Origin: Guillardia theta CCMP2712
Taxonomy: Eukaryota; Protista; Cryptophyta
NCBI RefSeq assembly: GCF_000315625.1
Contig: NW_005434644.1
Location: 54,775 to 118,774, forward strand
Length of the DNA stretch: 64,000 bases
Direction: 5' to 3'
In this document: piece after piece, positions 43,801-54,800 of the stretch
Position numbering within the stretch: the first letter of the stretch is position 1
Layout of the letters: each line of letters begins with the position of its first letter
The notes under the pieces: generated by a model
What the model was told of the DNA's origin: nothing
Databases searched by the model: none
What the model saw: the letters and a program-made list of their open reading frames with translations, nothing else
Position numbers and translations under genes: made by a program

Positions 43801-44586
43801 CACATCTTCTTCATGCAGGAAGCAGCCGCGCGGCATATCGCACTGAGGGAAGAGGTCAAGAGGGAGGAGGAGGAGAGGCAGAGGAGCCGTCGGCGGGAGG
43901 AGGAGCTCGCGGAGAAGCTGCGGATAGAGGAGGAGAGGACGAGGGCAACACAGGACAAACTACGGAGGCTACAGAAGGAAGCGGAGGGAAGGGAGAGGGA
44001 ATGGATGACAGAGCTGCATGCCATGAGGGAAGAGATCGCAAGCAAGGAGGAAGAGCTGCGGGCGATGGAGGAGGAGGTGGTTGAACTCAAGGCCGGAAAG
44101 CTGGAAGGAGAGCGAGAGAGGATGACGTTGCGCAAGCTCTTACAGGAGTACGCGGCAGGACGGGAGGAGCTCGAGGAGGAGGTGGAGAGGAAGAAAGCGC
44201 ACGCGGAGGTGCTCCTACACCTGAGCAGGAGGAACCAGCCAAGCACGAGCGGCGGGAGGATGGAAAGAAGCATCGGCAGGGCGCTGGTGCAGGCGGGGAA
44301 GGAGAAGGAGAAGTTGGACCCCTCTCGCAGCTCTCGCTCCAGCCTCTCCACCCCCGAGACGAGGAGGAGCTTGACGGCCGAGTCCCCGTTCGGGAGGAGG
44401 GGGCAGGAGCAGCGAGGGGAGAGGAAGAGGGAGCATGGAGAACTACACAGGAGGAGCACCGAGGGCGCGAAGAGGAGGGAGGAGGGAGGAGAGGAGAAGA
44501 GCGAGAGGAGGGTAGAGCTCGAGACGCTCCTCAACTTCGCCAGAGGCGTCGAGGCCCTGCAGCACCTTGCGAACTTGAAGGAATGA
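40877..44586 (+). CDS. Large coiled-coil protein (~1200 aa, two long exons)
   Basis: E/R/K/L-rich heptad ORFs 40790-42913 and 42922-44586 joined by a short intron (~42845-42928); disordered Ser/Pro N-terminus. Confidence 0.85.
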
Positions 44587-44758
44587 AGGATGCCTCCTCG
44601 TACTATGATCCTCCTCCTCACCCCCTGCCTCCTCGCCCCCCCTTCTCGTCCTCCTCCCTCCCCTCCACTCGTCCTCCTCCCCCCCTGCAACTCCTACAGT
44701 TCTGTGCTGCGGTACTTGAAGATGTACTACCGAGCTTCAGTCCTCCTCCCTCCCCCCA

Positions 44759-47318
44759 TCATCGCAGACTCAACAGCATGACGCTAGGCTCCTGCAGGAT
44801 CTCCTTGAACCGGTTGGAGAACCGGGCGATGCTCGCTCCGGCGAGGATGCGATGATCTGCCGCCCAGCTGATGCGGATGATCTGAATCGAAACCAGGTGA
44901 GAGGTAAGGAGGAAGGCGGGAGCTGAGGAGGCCAAAGTGGAAGCAGAGGAGGGAGAGTACAGAATGGAAGGGACGGAAGGAGGAAGAGGAGGACGGGAGA
45001 GAGGGGGAGTGGGTCTGGGGTATTCACCGTCCTCTCCTTCAAAGTTCCATCTTTGATGTAGGGCTGCTTCTCTATCTTTCCGATGGCTAACAAGCACCAG
45101 TGAGTTCACATTTTCATCGTCGTCGTCCTCCTCCTCCTCCTCCTCCTCCTCTTTGTCCTCCTCCTCCTCCTCCTCTTTGTCCTCCTCCTCCTTTCTGTCC
45201 TCATTCTCCTCCTCCTCCAATTGCACTTCCTCGTTCTCATCGTTCTCTCCTCCTCGTTCCCCTCCTCCTCTCCCTCTCACCTCCTATCACAGCTTCCCCC
45301 GGATTGAGGATGGGTGAAGTGTACGTCCCTCCGATAGTGCCGATGTTGCTCAAGGTGATGGTTCCTCCCGAGATGTCTTCTTTGCTCAGCTTGTTGGCCC
45401 TTGCCTGCTCAACACAATTACAGAGGACATGTGCGAGGCTGGAAGGATGTGGATGTCGAATAGTTGATATCGACAAACATGTCAGGAAAGGGAGTTGGGA
45501 GGACAACGACGGTCTGGCACGTCATCAACAGTATGCAACAGATGCGGGAGCACCAGGTTTGTCAGTCTTGCAAGCTCTTCGGCGATCTGTGAGAATGTGC
45601 AATCCTGTCAGGAAGAATATAGAGGGAAGAACGCATGATCTTACCTGAACGATGGAAAGCTCTTGTACATTCTTGATGTTGGGAACAACCTGCACCATCT
45701 CCTCACAACCTCGTTTTGCTCGCATGCAGAACGCTCTACCAATCCTGACGGGGAGTCGACTGCGATGCCAACATTGTGACGTTTTCTGTGGATGATGTTG
45801 TTGAGGTCTGCTGAAAGACTTGAGTTGATCTGCAATCATACTCATCTCAATCTTCTCGTCAGATCGTTCTAGGTAAGACCTCGGGAAACTCCAGCAGCGC
45901 TTGAGAGAGAGATTTGATCAGGAACGGCATGTATGTCAGCTTGACTCCGTTCAGACTTTTCTGCTCGGAGAAAGAACAAAATCAGAGGACTACCAAGTTG
46001 CACATCTAGATCAACAGCTGTCTTTCAACATGTCAGAGATGCAATCATCGCACAGCACACATCTGAGCCAAGAGCCAAGTGACCTCTCTTGCCAAGAGCG
46101 CTTTGAGCTCCACCAAACGATCTATCTCATAATCCTCGCTGAATCCGAAGTGAGGGATGGAGGACTGAGCCTGTTGATCACCACCGTGAGAGACAACATC
46201 CATCGCCGTGGCGCAAGCCAAGAGGCTTCCGCAGCATCAGGGCATGCCGACGTACTTGCATCGTCTTGATCATGGCGCGAGTGTACCCTCGGATCGGAAT
46301 ATGCACATCCTCCAAAGAGCGAGTTTCCGCCGCCTGGACGGCAGACATCCATCAGTCAACCCGCCCGGCTCCTTCGTTCGCGCTGGTTACCTTGCTAGCA
46401 GACTGCACCTCCTCCCGCTGGTCGGGCTCTGACTTGTGCTGATCGGCTTGCAGGGCGAGAGTCTGAGAGGGCACCTCCTCGAGGACGGGTGACTTGCCCA
46501 CATACCTTAACAAATCCTCCTGCATCGACGCTCCTCTCTCAGAACATGAAGGAGGAGCAGACGAAGAGGAAGAGAGCTGGGGAGAGCAAGCTCAGCATGC
46601 TACCTTCATGATCCTGCCTCCTCGTCCTGACCCCTGCACACTCTTCAGGTCGATTCCGTTGGTCTTCGCGATCGCCCGGACGGCTGGAGTAGCCAGCGGC
46701 TTCAGTGGAGCACCCGATGGGTCTGAGTCGCGGGGAGAGGAGGGATCATGGGACGCCACTGCAGGCGCCCCTTCCTCTCCTGCTGCTGAAGTCTCGATCG
46801 CTTCTGCATCGTCCTCGTCCACCGAAAGGCCCCCAGATCCTTTTTGTCGAATGTCCAGCAAAGGTTTGCCGACATGCGCTACATCGCCTACCTTGTAGTG
46901 CAGCTTCGCGATGACACCGTCGTACCTGCTCGGGATCTCCACCGTCGCCTTGTCACTTTGAACTTCACAGACTGGATCGAACGCCTTGACCTCGTCGCCG
47001 ACCTTCACAAACCATTGAAGAACCTCCGCCTCTGAGATGGAAGGATTTCAGTCCAACACACGCTCCCTTCACTTCAACTGCTAACACTCTACCTGTTATG
47101 CCTTCCCCGATGTCTGCAAGTTTGAATGGGACGATCTTTCCCGTGGACTGCGTTTGATTTGCAAACCCCCTCAACCCCCCACGCTTCATTGCAAAGTTCA
47201 AGCTTCTAGTGCGAGCCTTTACACCTCGGTGTGCGAACGAATGTAGCTTGGCGGTGTTGCCTGCCATCATAAGTCCATTTCTAATCACACTGTACAAGGA
47301 AAGTCGGTGTCTGAGCAT
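44759..47318 (-). CDS. DBT: Branched-chain 2-oxoacid dehydrogenase E2 (dihydrolipoamide transacylase), mitochondrial
   Basis: Basic presequence; lipoyl domain FKLADIGEGI...CEVQSDKATVEIPSRYDG; E3-binding LATPAVRAIAK...GSGRGGRIMK; catalytic GGTITLSNIGTIGGTYTSPIL and SWAADHR. Confidence 0.93.
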
Positions 47319-47948
47319 AATCTAATTCTTCAAGTCTTCGTCCTCTGGAATTGATCAAGCAGGTTTTGGATTCGTTTCCTGTCAACAGCAGCAAGTCAGC
47401 CATAAACCAAACAACATTTCTCTCTCTCATCTGTTTTTGATTTGTCCTTTGTCGCATCTTTTCTGTTCTACTGATCCTCCAAGACAATACATTCGTTCTT
47501 TCATTGACCCTTTTCTTTCCCCGTGCTTTACTTTTCGTTGCTAACTTCGTGGTCAGGTTTGGATATCTCTCCCTCCCTCCAATCATGCTTCCCTCTGCAC
47601 TCGCTGACATTCGTCTATCTTCATGCTCTATCCTCTATGCTCCATCCTCTATCCTCTATCCTCTGTGCTCGTCTCCTTGCTCCTCTCTGTTTCATCTCCC
47701 CTGTCCATTGTTCCGATCAGTTTTCTTTGTTGCATGTTGCGGCCGACACCTGACCCCTACCCCAACAAGAAACATCCCCACCCTGTCTCCTTCCACATGT
47801 TCATTATACACTTATTTTTTCTTTGAAATTTCAAATATTATACACAAACAGTATGTTGATTTTTTTAAAATTAGTGTAAAATTGATCAGTACCCCTGCAA
47901 TTATGGCTACTACCCCTCGATCTAGCCTCCCGCAACAAACTGACTGAC

Positions 47949-47982
47949 GTACTGATTTTTAACTTAACTTTGAGTAAAGACC
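47949..47982 (-). repeat. Inverted-repeat motif GTCTTTACTCAAAGTTAAGTTAA(A)ATCAGTAC, copy 1 (reverse orientation)
   Basis: Reverse complement of the copies at 48161-48184 (continuing at 57323) and 57841-57871. Confidence 0.85.
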
Positions 47983-48184
47983 GTACTTTTGCCGCGCCAA
48001 CTCAGTTCCGTTGCGCGGCCCGCCGGGCAGCAGTGACTGGGGCCCGTCGGCCGGGCGGCCGGGCGGCGCGCCGGCGAGCAGCGGCCGGGCCGCCATCCGA
48101 TCACGTAGGGTCGTCCGAAGTTGGTTTACAGAAGAGTTTTGTGACTCTGTAATACAGTCAGGTCTTTACTCAAAGTTAAGTTAA

Positions 48185-48674
48185 TGTAAGAACTCAGGTT
48201 CTGACAAACCTCTCAGAAGTTCTTTCAGACGCGATAAGTTCAAGGGATGCGTCTAATCAGGTTGTGAACCATGTGAAGCCTGCAGGTCCAAGCTAGTGGG
48301 CTGGAGCTTAGTCTGTGACTTAGAAGATCCGGTTGGTTGGAGCCTGGGGAAGCTGAGGCGGCGCCGGAGGAATCAAGAGGCGCCGGCTGTCGAAGAGGCA
48401 GCACTCGTACAGTGGTGGAAGTAAGGCGGTGGTGTGTGAAGGGAAGCTGTTTGGTTGGTCTTGCTGCTACGAGTGTTGGGAATAAAGTGCTGGGGATTGT
48501 TGGGAAGTTGATCTGAGTTATCTGAGGTGTTTGGTTGGCTGTGAAAGTCATTGGTGTCTTCGTGCGCACATCATCTGTGAGTCTTGGTCTTTGGACTTAT
48601 CAGTCAGCTGTTGAGCTGTTCTACTAGTCATTCATCTGTGCACAGACTCTAGGAGTCAGGAATTGATTCCAATA
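48185..48674 (+). repeat. 5' LTR (TGTAAG...CCAATA)
   Basis: Matches 56828-57317 with one mismatch seen (CCATGT vs CCAAGT). Confidence 0.95.
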
Positions 48675-48724
48675 CAAAAAGAAAATTTTCTTTTTGTATC
48701 CACGAACAAAGGAATACAAAAAGA
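48672..48724 (+). promoter_or_regulatory. Perfect 28-bp palindrome at the PBS position, plus an alternative pairing arm
   Basis: 48672-48699 ATACAAAAAGAAAATTTTCTTTTTGTAT is its own reverse complement. GGAATACAAAAAGA at 48711-48724 repeats the left arm. Function is inferred. Confidence 0.7.
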
Positions 48725-48864
48725 CTCTACGATAACATTCCAAGGACAACGAGTTTAAGGGCTCTTGGTCTTTGTGCGTCGAATTGACAACGAGTTTGAA
48801 GGCTCTTTAAGTTATACTGTACGCTGTTACTCATTTTTTTTGGAACGGTATTGGTAACTCCAAG

Positions 48865-51800
48865 TTGACGATCATGAGCATGAGCATGCCAGATCTGCAA
48901 GAGGAGTTGAAACGAAGCCATGGTGATGTTCAGGTCGACAAGCTGAAGCATGGGAAGGTTACCTCCAAGGAAAAACTCGAGGACCTGTTCCTTCCTTTCT
49001 CAGGTGCCATGAGTCGTTTTCGTCCGAATCTTGGGGCTTGTTTCTTAAAACTGTTGGACTTGTTTCCGATTGACGAGACTGGATCGTTTGTTGGAGAATT
49101 TCATGAAATGTGGGAGTCGTCTCCAGAAGGTCTAGAAAAATTCTCTTCGCTGGAGTGGAAGATTCAGGTCACGGCGTTGTTTCTGCATGCTGGGTACATT
49201 TGGAAGAATGGGAAGAAATTCAAGGATGCTCTTGAGAAGTTTAAGAAGTTGCGAGGAAAATTCGAGGAGGCAATCGCAGCCAGCGAGGATGTGAATGATG
49301 GTGCTTCAGAGGATGGAGAGATGGGTAATCCACTCGATACATCTGTGGTTTTCTCTCCACACAAGTACCAAATATCACCGAGGTTGTTCAGATCCTCAGC
49401 TGATCGACAGGAGGTGGAAGTCTTATTTGAGGATATTGCTGAGGTACTTGTCAGCACGAACAGTTATTTTCGAGTTAAGCTAAAGGATGATTTCGACATA
49501 GAGTGGCAGATGTCAGGAGGAGGCAACTATCCTTTGGCATTCTTCAAAACTTTGGCACTGGTACGCTGGAATGTAAAGCAACGAAGTGGAGCTGAGCTTA
49601 TCGAGCTTACTGAGGACGAAGGGAGAGATCAGCTCAGAGCGCTAGCGAAACAGCCACTTGAGTCTGAAGAAGCCTTCTGGAGGAACGTGGACAAAATCAA
49701 GCTACTGTTTAAGAATCTCAAGGATAGTATTCAAGGTGTTGTGGGGGCACACCAAAGGATGGGGCCGTTAGAGATCCAGATCGCTGAACTCTTGCATGCC
49801 AGGTGTAAAGAATCGACTTGTGAATCGTTGCAGTCATTGGCATTGAATAGAGAATTGCGAAATTGGAAGAAGAGTAATATGAGACCAGAAAAGATTTCTC
49901 TCGACGAAATATTCCACTGGGGGCGCATCTTAAAAACTAGAAGCAAGACGACTACGACCGTGACGCCCGCGATGGATGCGAAGGGAGACGTGTCAGTGGT
50001 GAATATCACTGTGGCAAGTGAACCGTTGGTACCGAATGAACCGCAGGCTGTCGGAGAAGTTGCAGTGGGCAAGAAGAGATCCTCGGGGTCAGGCGAAAAC
50101 AGTGGTCAAGCGGATTCGGGAGAGAATTCTCACGTCGATCCCAAATGGTATGGTAATTACCCAGTTCGTGGGAGTATACCTCCATCATATCCTCAAGGTA
50201 TCATGTTTCCCAGCCAAGACCCGTTTTTCAATTTCTATGCTCAAGGTCAACCCTCTATGTATCCATTTCCTATCCAAGGTCCGGTCGGGAACGTCCCAAC
50301 GTTTTACCAGGCTTCTGGTCAAGCTCCTTCAGGACCTGGTAGGACGGGACAAGATCAGGCGGCGTTTGACCCTAGCTCATACCGTGGTGGTTTCCCTGGC
50401 CGCGGAGGCGAGGGGGACGGCGGACCTAACCATACGGGTTACCGTGGCAGGGGAAGGAGGAATCAGGATGGGTACCATAATGGAGGGAGAGGAAGTTTTA
50501 AAGGAGGCTATGGAAGAGGTCAGGGTGGACAGAAAGGACATGGAGGCAAAGGTTGGAAGGGTGGTCGAGGTCATGGAAATTTCAATCACAACCACAACTA
50601 CAATAACAACAACTACAATCAAAATAATGGCAACTACAAAAATCAGCGGTTTAACCCTCGAGGGGTTGAAAGTGAACAACCGTCATCTGTCTTGCAGAAT
50701 TTGTTGTCAGGGGGAGTTGTGGACGCTGAAACCACGCGCAAGATGGGGGAAGCGTTGATTCAGGCAGCTCAACGCATGGCAGCGAATGCTTCTTCAAGTT
50801 CACACAGTCACCAGCAGAAGGCTGACGCAGACGGCCAGCGGAATGAGTCAGAAAAGAAATCTTCTGTTCCTGCAAATCCATTTGAACGCTCATCGGCCCA
50901 GAATGCAACGGAATCTGCATCACAGGCTAATCGAAGGCAAGGAGCGTGGAAAGCAAATTTCACATTTGGTCTCGACTCCACGTCTACCATCGAGGAATTG
51001 CAGGAAATTGCATTGCAGGTAAAGGAGAAAGAAGGAGCTGGAGGCCATACGTTCTTGCTGGACTCTGGTGCTAATATCTCCATGGTCAAGGAAGAGTCTA
51101 TGTTGTTTGATGTCCAAGCTGGACCTGAATTTCAGGTGCTTACCGCTGGAGGTACTGTCGTCTGTGATAAGGTTGGAAAATTACGACTGCAACTGGTTTG
51201 TCCAACAACTAACACATGTCTGGACGAGATTATTGTCAACGTTCGCGTATGCCCGCTTGTCCCGATATCGTTGCTTAGCTTGGATGATGTTCTTGGGACT
51301 GACTACCACATGTTATCACGGGGCTCCAGGAGTGCCCTAAAGTCTTACATTTGCTCAGAAGATGGTGCATTGAAAATCGATGTATTCCAACGAGATAGGT
51401 TGTACTTTTTGCAGACGGTTTTCATGGGAGATGGGAAGATTAGTGTGGCGTGCAACAGTACAACCTCTTGCGCTGGTACGAGCAATGGTGATAATTACAG
51501 TGGGGGTCCATCAAGTTTAGTGACTCTCAAGCCAGAGGAGAACATGTGTGAGCAGTCCCGATTGTCAGCTGCGACAGAATCGGCCATCTGGCACCTTCGG
51601 CTCGGACATCTGGAAGCAAAGATTCAAAAATTACTAGCCGATTCGGTGAAGTATGTCACGTACGACAGGCGCCTAAAGAAATCTCCTTGTCACACCTGTA
51701 GAATAGCAAAGTTCGTCTCACGGCCGATCCATCGACAGTCGGATTTCCGACAGGAGCGGGCATCAGAGGTCAATCAAGTCTGGCATATGGATTTGAAAGA

Positions 51801-54800
51801 CGTAATTGTACAATCCGAGCCTGGTGGTTATAGATATTTCTTGATCATTGTGGACGTCTTTTCGGGATTTGTGCGAGTAAGACCTATGCGCACGAAAAGT
51901 CAGACGACTGCTATCCTCAAGGAAATACTGTTACAAGAGGATCGTGACAGCTCTCGTCCTAAGGTACAGAAGATTGTATCTGACAACGGTTCAGAATTCA
52001 GCTCTGTGGAGCTGGAGAGCTTTTTCGTTGATCATGGGATACGACATGACAAAATTCCAGAGTACTCTCAGGTCTACAATGCGTTCGCTGAACGTGGAAT
52101 CAGAAGCGTAATGTCCATTCATCGGACGTTACTACGTCAGAGCGGAGTACCCCGGAGCAAATGGGAATATTCCGTACAGCAGGCAGTTTTACTGTACAAC
52201 ATTCTGCCTAGTGGACGAAATCTAGGGTATTCCTCACCATACTTGATATATACAACAGAGCAGTTTGACTATCGCAAGCTCAAGGTTTTTGGGTGCAGCA
52301 CCTTCTTCAAGAATGAACTACGCACGTCAAAGGTGGATGATCCAGCAATTCATGGTTTAAATCTGGGAAACGCGTGCGCTTTCTCTGGATATAAGGTGGG
52401 GTATTTGGTTTGGGATATCGAGCATGATAGAATCGTCCATACGAATAATCTTACGTTTGACGAGATGTATTTTCCATTACGTTGCCGACGTTTTCAGGCA
52501 TCTAATGTGGAGGATGAATTGTTGAAGGAACTAGTACCTTGTGCACCAGTGGCATCTGACGACGACGAAGACTCCTCGGAAAATGCGAGTGAAACAGAAT
52601 TGCAAATTCCTGAGGAAGTTGCAACGTCTGGCAGGAAGCGACACTGTCAGGGAGGCTCTGGTCCTGACGCAAGTGAAGTTTCCGCGAGCAAGCGCCTCCA
52701 ATTGGAATTTCCACCTTCCTCGGTCCAAGGCCTAACATCTGGAGATCAACGGGAGGATACAGGAGAGCATCGGTTGAGGGATGATACCGAATATGTGCCT
52801 GACGGTGCAATGTCTCCAGTTCCTCCAGCAGGCAGAAGAACACGGAGGGATTTCAAGGCGGAGCGAGGGGTCTTGGAAAGCAAATATGTCAATCGAGATG
52901 TCGAAGTTCTTGTAAATGGTCAAGTAGAGCAAGGCAAAATTTTGCAGATGGTTTTCAAGGAGGGAAAGTTTCTCGCGCGGATTGTTTTCCCAACTCTCGA
53001 CAATTACTGGGTGTTACGGTCTGTCACTGATCCTGACATCAAGTTTTTGGAACAAACCGAACAGAAGGCAATGGTGGTGCTTACAAGTGGGGAGACAATA
53101 TCAGAGGTCTGCATGTTAGCAGATTATTACTCGTGCAGCTTTCCACCGAACGTCTTTGGTGATATGACCGACCATACCAAGGTTTTTAAACCCTGTCTTG
53201 ATCGTGCAGCGGATGAGATCAAGGATGTTGTCGAAGCTACAGTTGGGGGTTCGCCTGAAGTGGTTGTACTTTCCCAGCACAAGAAATTTCCACAGTATCT
53301 GCAAGTTACACATATTGTGCAGGGGTCGACTGAATCTGAAGAGATCTTGTATGTTTGGGACAGGGGGGAAGACAGGACAAGCCTTCAGCCAGCATCCCAG
53401 CGTTTTGTTCCAGTATGGAGGGATGAGATGTACAAAACTCGTTTACAGCATGTCGATCCTGTGTCATCTGCCCCACAGGTCAGTGCTAATGTGGACCCTA
53501 CTTTCAGGGATACGCGTCTTCTTGTGGCGAATCTAGCGTTGGTCTCTCCCGTATGGGACGCGGTGGAGCTGGCGTCTGACCTGTTATCTCTGATGTCTTC
53601 CGACCGTGACAATCCAGCTGCAATGCCTGAGAATCAGGCAGATTACGCGATGACAGCGGCTTGCGATGCAGGAGATGTGGAGAACGAAAGTAGTTTTGAC
53701 AAGTTACCAGATCCCAAGACAAGGTCAGAGATGTTACGTCGCCCGGATCGGCATCTTTGGGAGCAGGCTGAAAAGGAGGAAATTGCGAAGATCGAAAGTC
53801 GTGGGGTCTGGGAAGTTGTTACGCGTGATCAGAAAAACAGGGAGTCAAATCATTCTGTACTTGCTCGCGCCTTGTGGGTGTATGCTTCAAAACGAGACTT
53901 GAAGGGCAAGATCTTGAAACGAAAGGGGCGGCTAGTTATCATGGGCAACTTACTTCCTTCATCTGAAGAATTGTTTGCACCGACTACATCGTTGGACAAT
54001 ATCCGGCTCTTGCTGAGCATCGCGGCAGGCAACCGTTGGAGAATCACATTCAGGGATATCTCTGCTGCTTTCTTGTATGGTGACTTGGAGGTTCCTGTGT
54101 ATTTGATTCCTCCAGATATCATGAGTCTTCCTCCTGAGTGCCTCCTCAAAGTCTTGAAGTCGCTCTATGGACTTCGCATTGCACCAAGGAGATGGTATCT
54201 TAAGTTCACGCAGGTGTTGAAGACGGTGGGAGCAAGTGGGATAGGACATGATGAGATCATCTACCGATACTCCAACTGTGCGGGGGACGTCTTGCTTCTG
54301 ACTGTCTTCGTGGATGACTTACTCATTGTCTCTCAAACTGAAGCAGTTAAGATTGAGTTTCTTGAGAAGCTCAACACAGTATTCGACTTTTCGGGGAGTG
54401 AGGCAACAGGTACCTTCTTGGGCATTAAAATAGAACAGAATGACGATCAGGGTCGGATAACTTTGTCACAACAGCATTTCATTGAAAAGATTGTTGAACG
54501 CTTTGAAATCGTTGCCAGAGGTGTCAAAACGGTATTACCTGGTCACTATCTCAAGACTTATCACTTGGAGGGTAAGTTGTTGAACAAGAAGGAAGTCCGC
54601 ACTTATCAGAGTCTTCTGGGGTCCATTCTCTACGTGGCAAATTGTACGCGGGTTGATATCGCATTCGCGACGAGCGTCCTTAGTCGCTTTGCTCGGGCTC
54701 CTAGGCAGTGCGATATGGATGCCTTAATTCATCTTCTACAGTACCTTTACACTACTCGGGAGGTTCAGATCGTATACCATTGTCACGGAGTATCTTACCA

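Noticed and set aside
43377-44690. 437-aa Ser-rich minus-strand ORF
   Set aside because: Antisense shadow of the GAG-rich coiled-coil gene.
48240-48569. Duplicated 109-aa ORF (also 56883-57212)
   Set aside because: Lies within the LTRs, has a non-ATG start and no domain; the duplication is explained by the LTRs.
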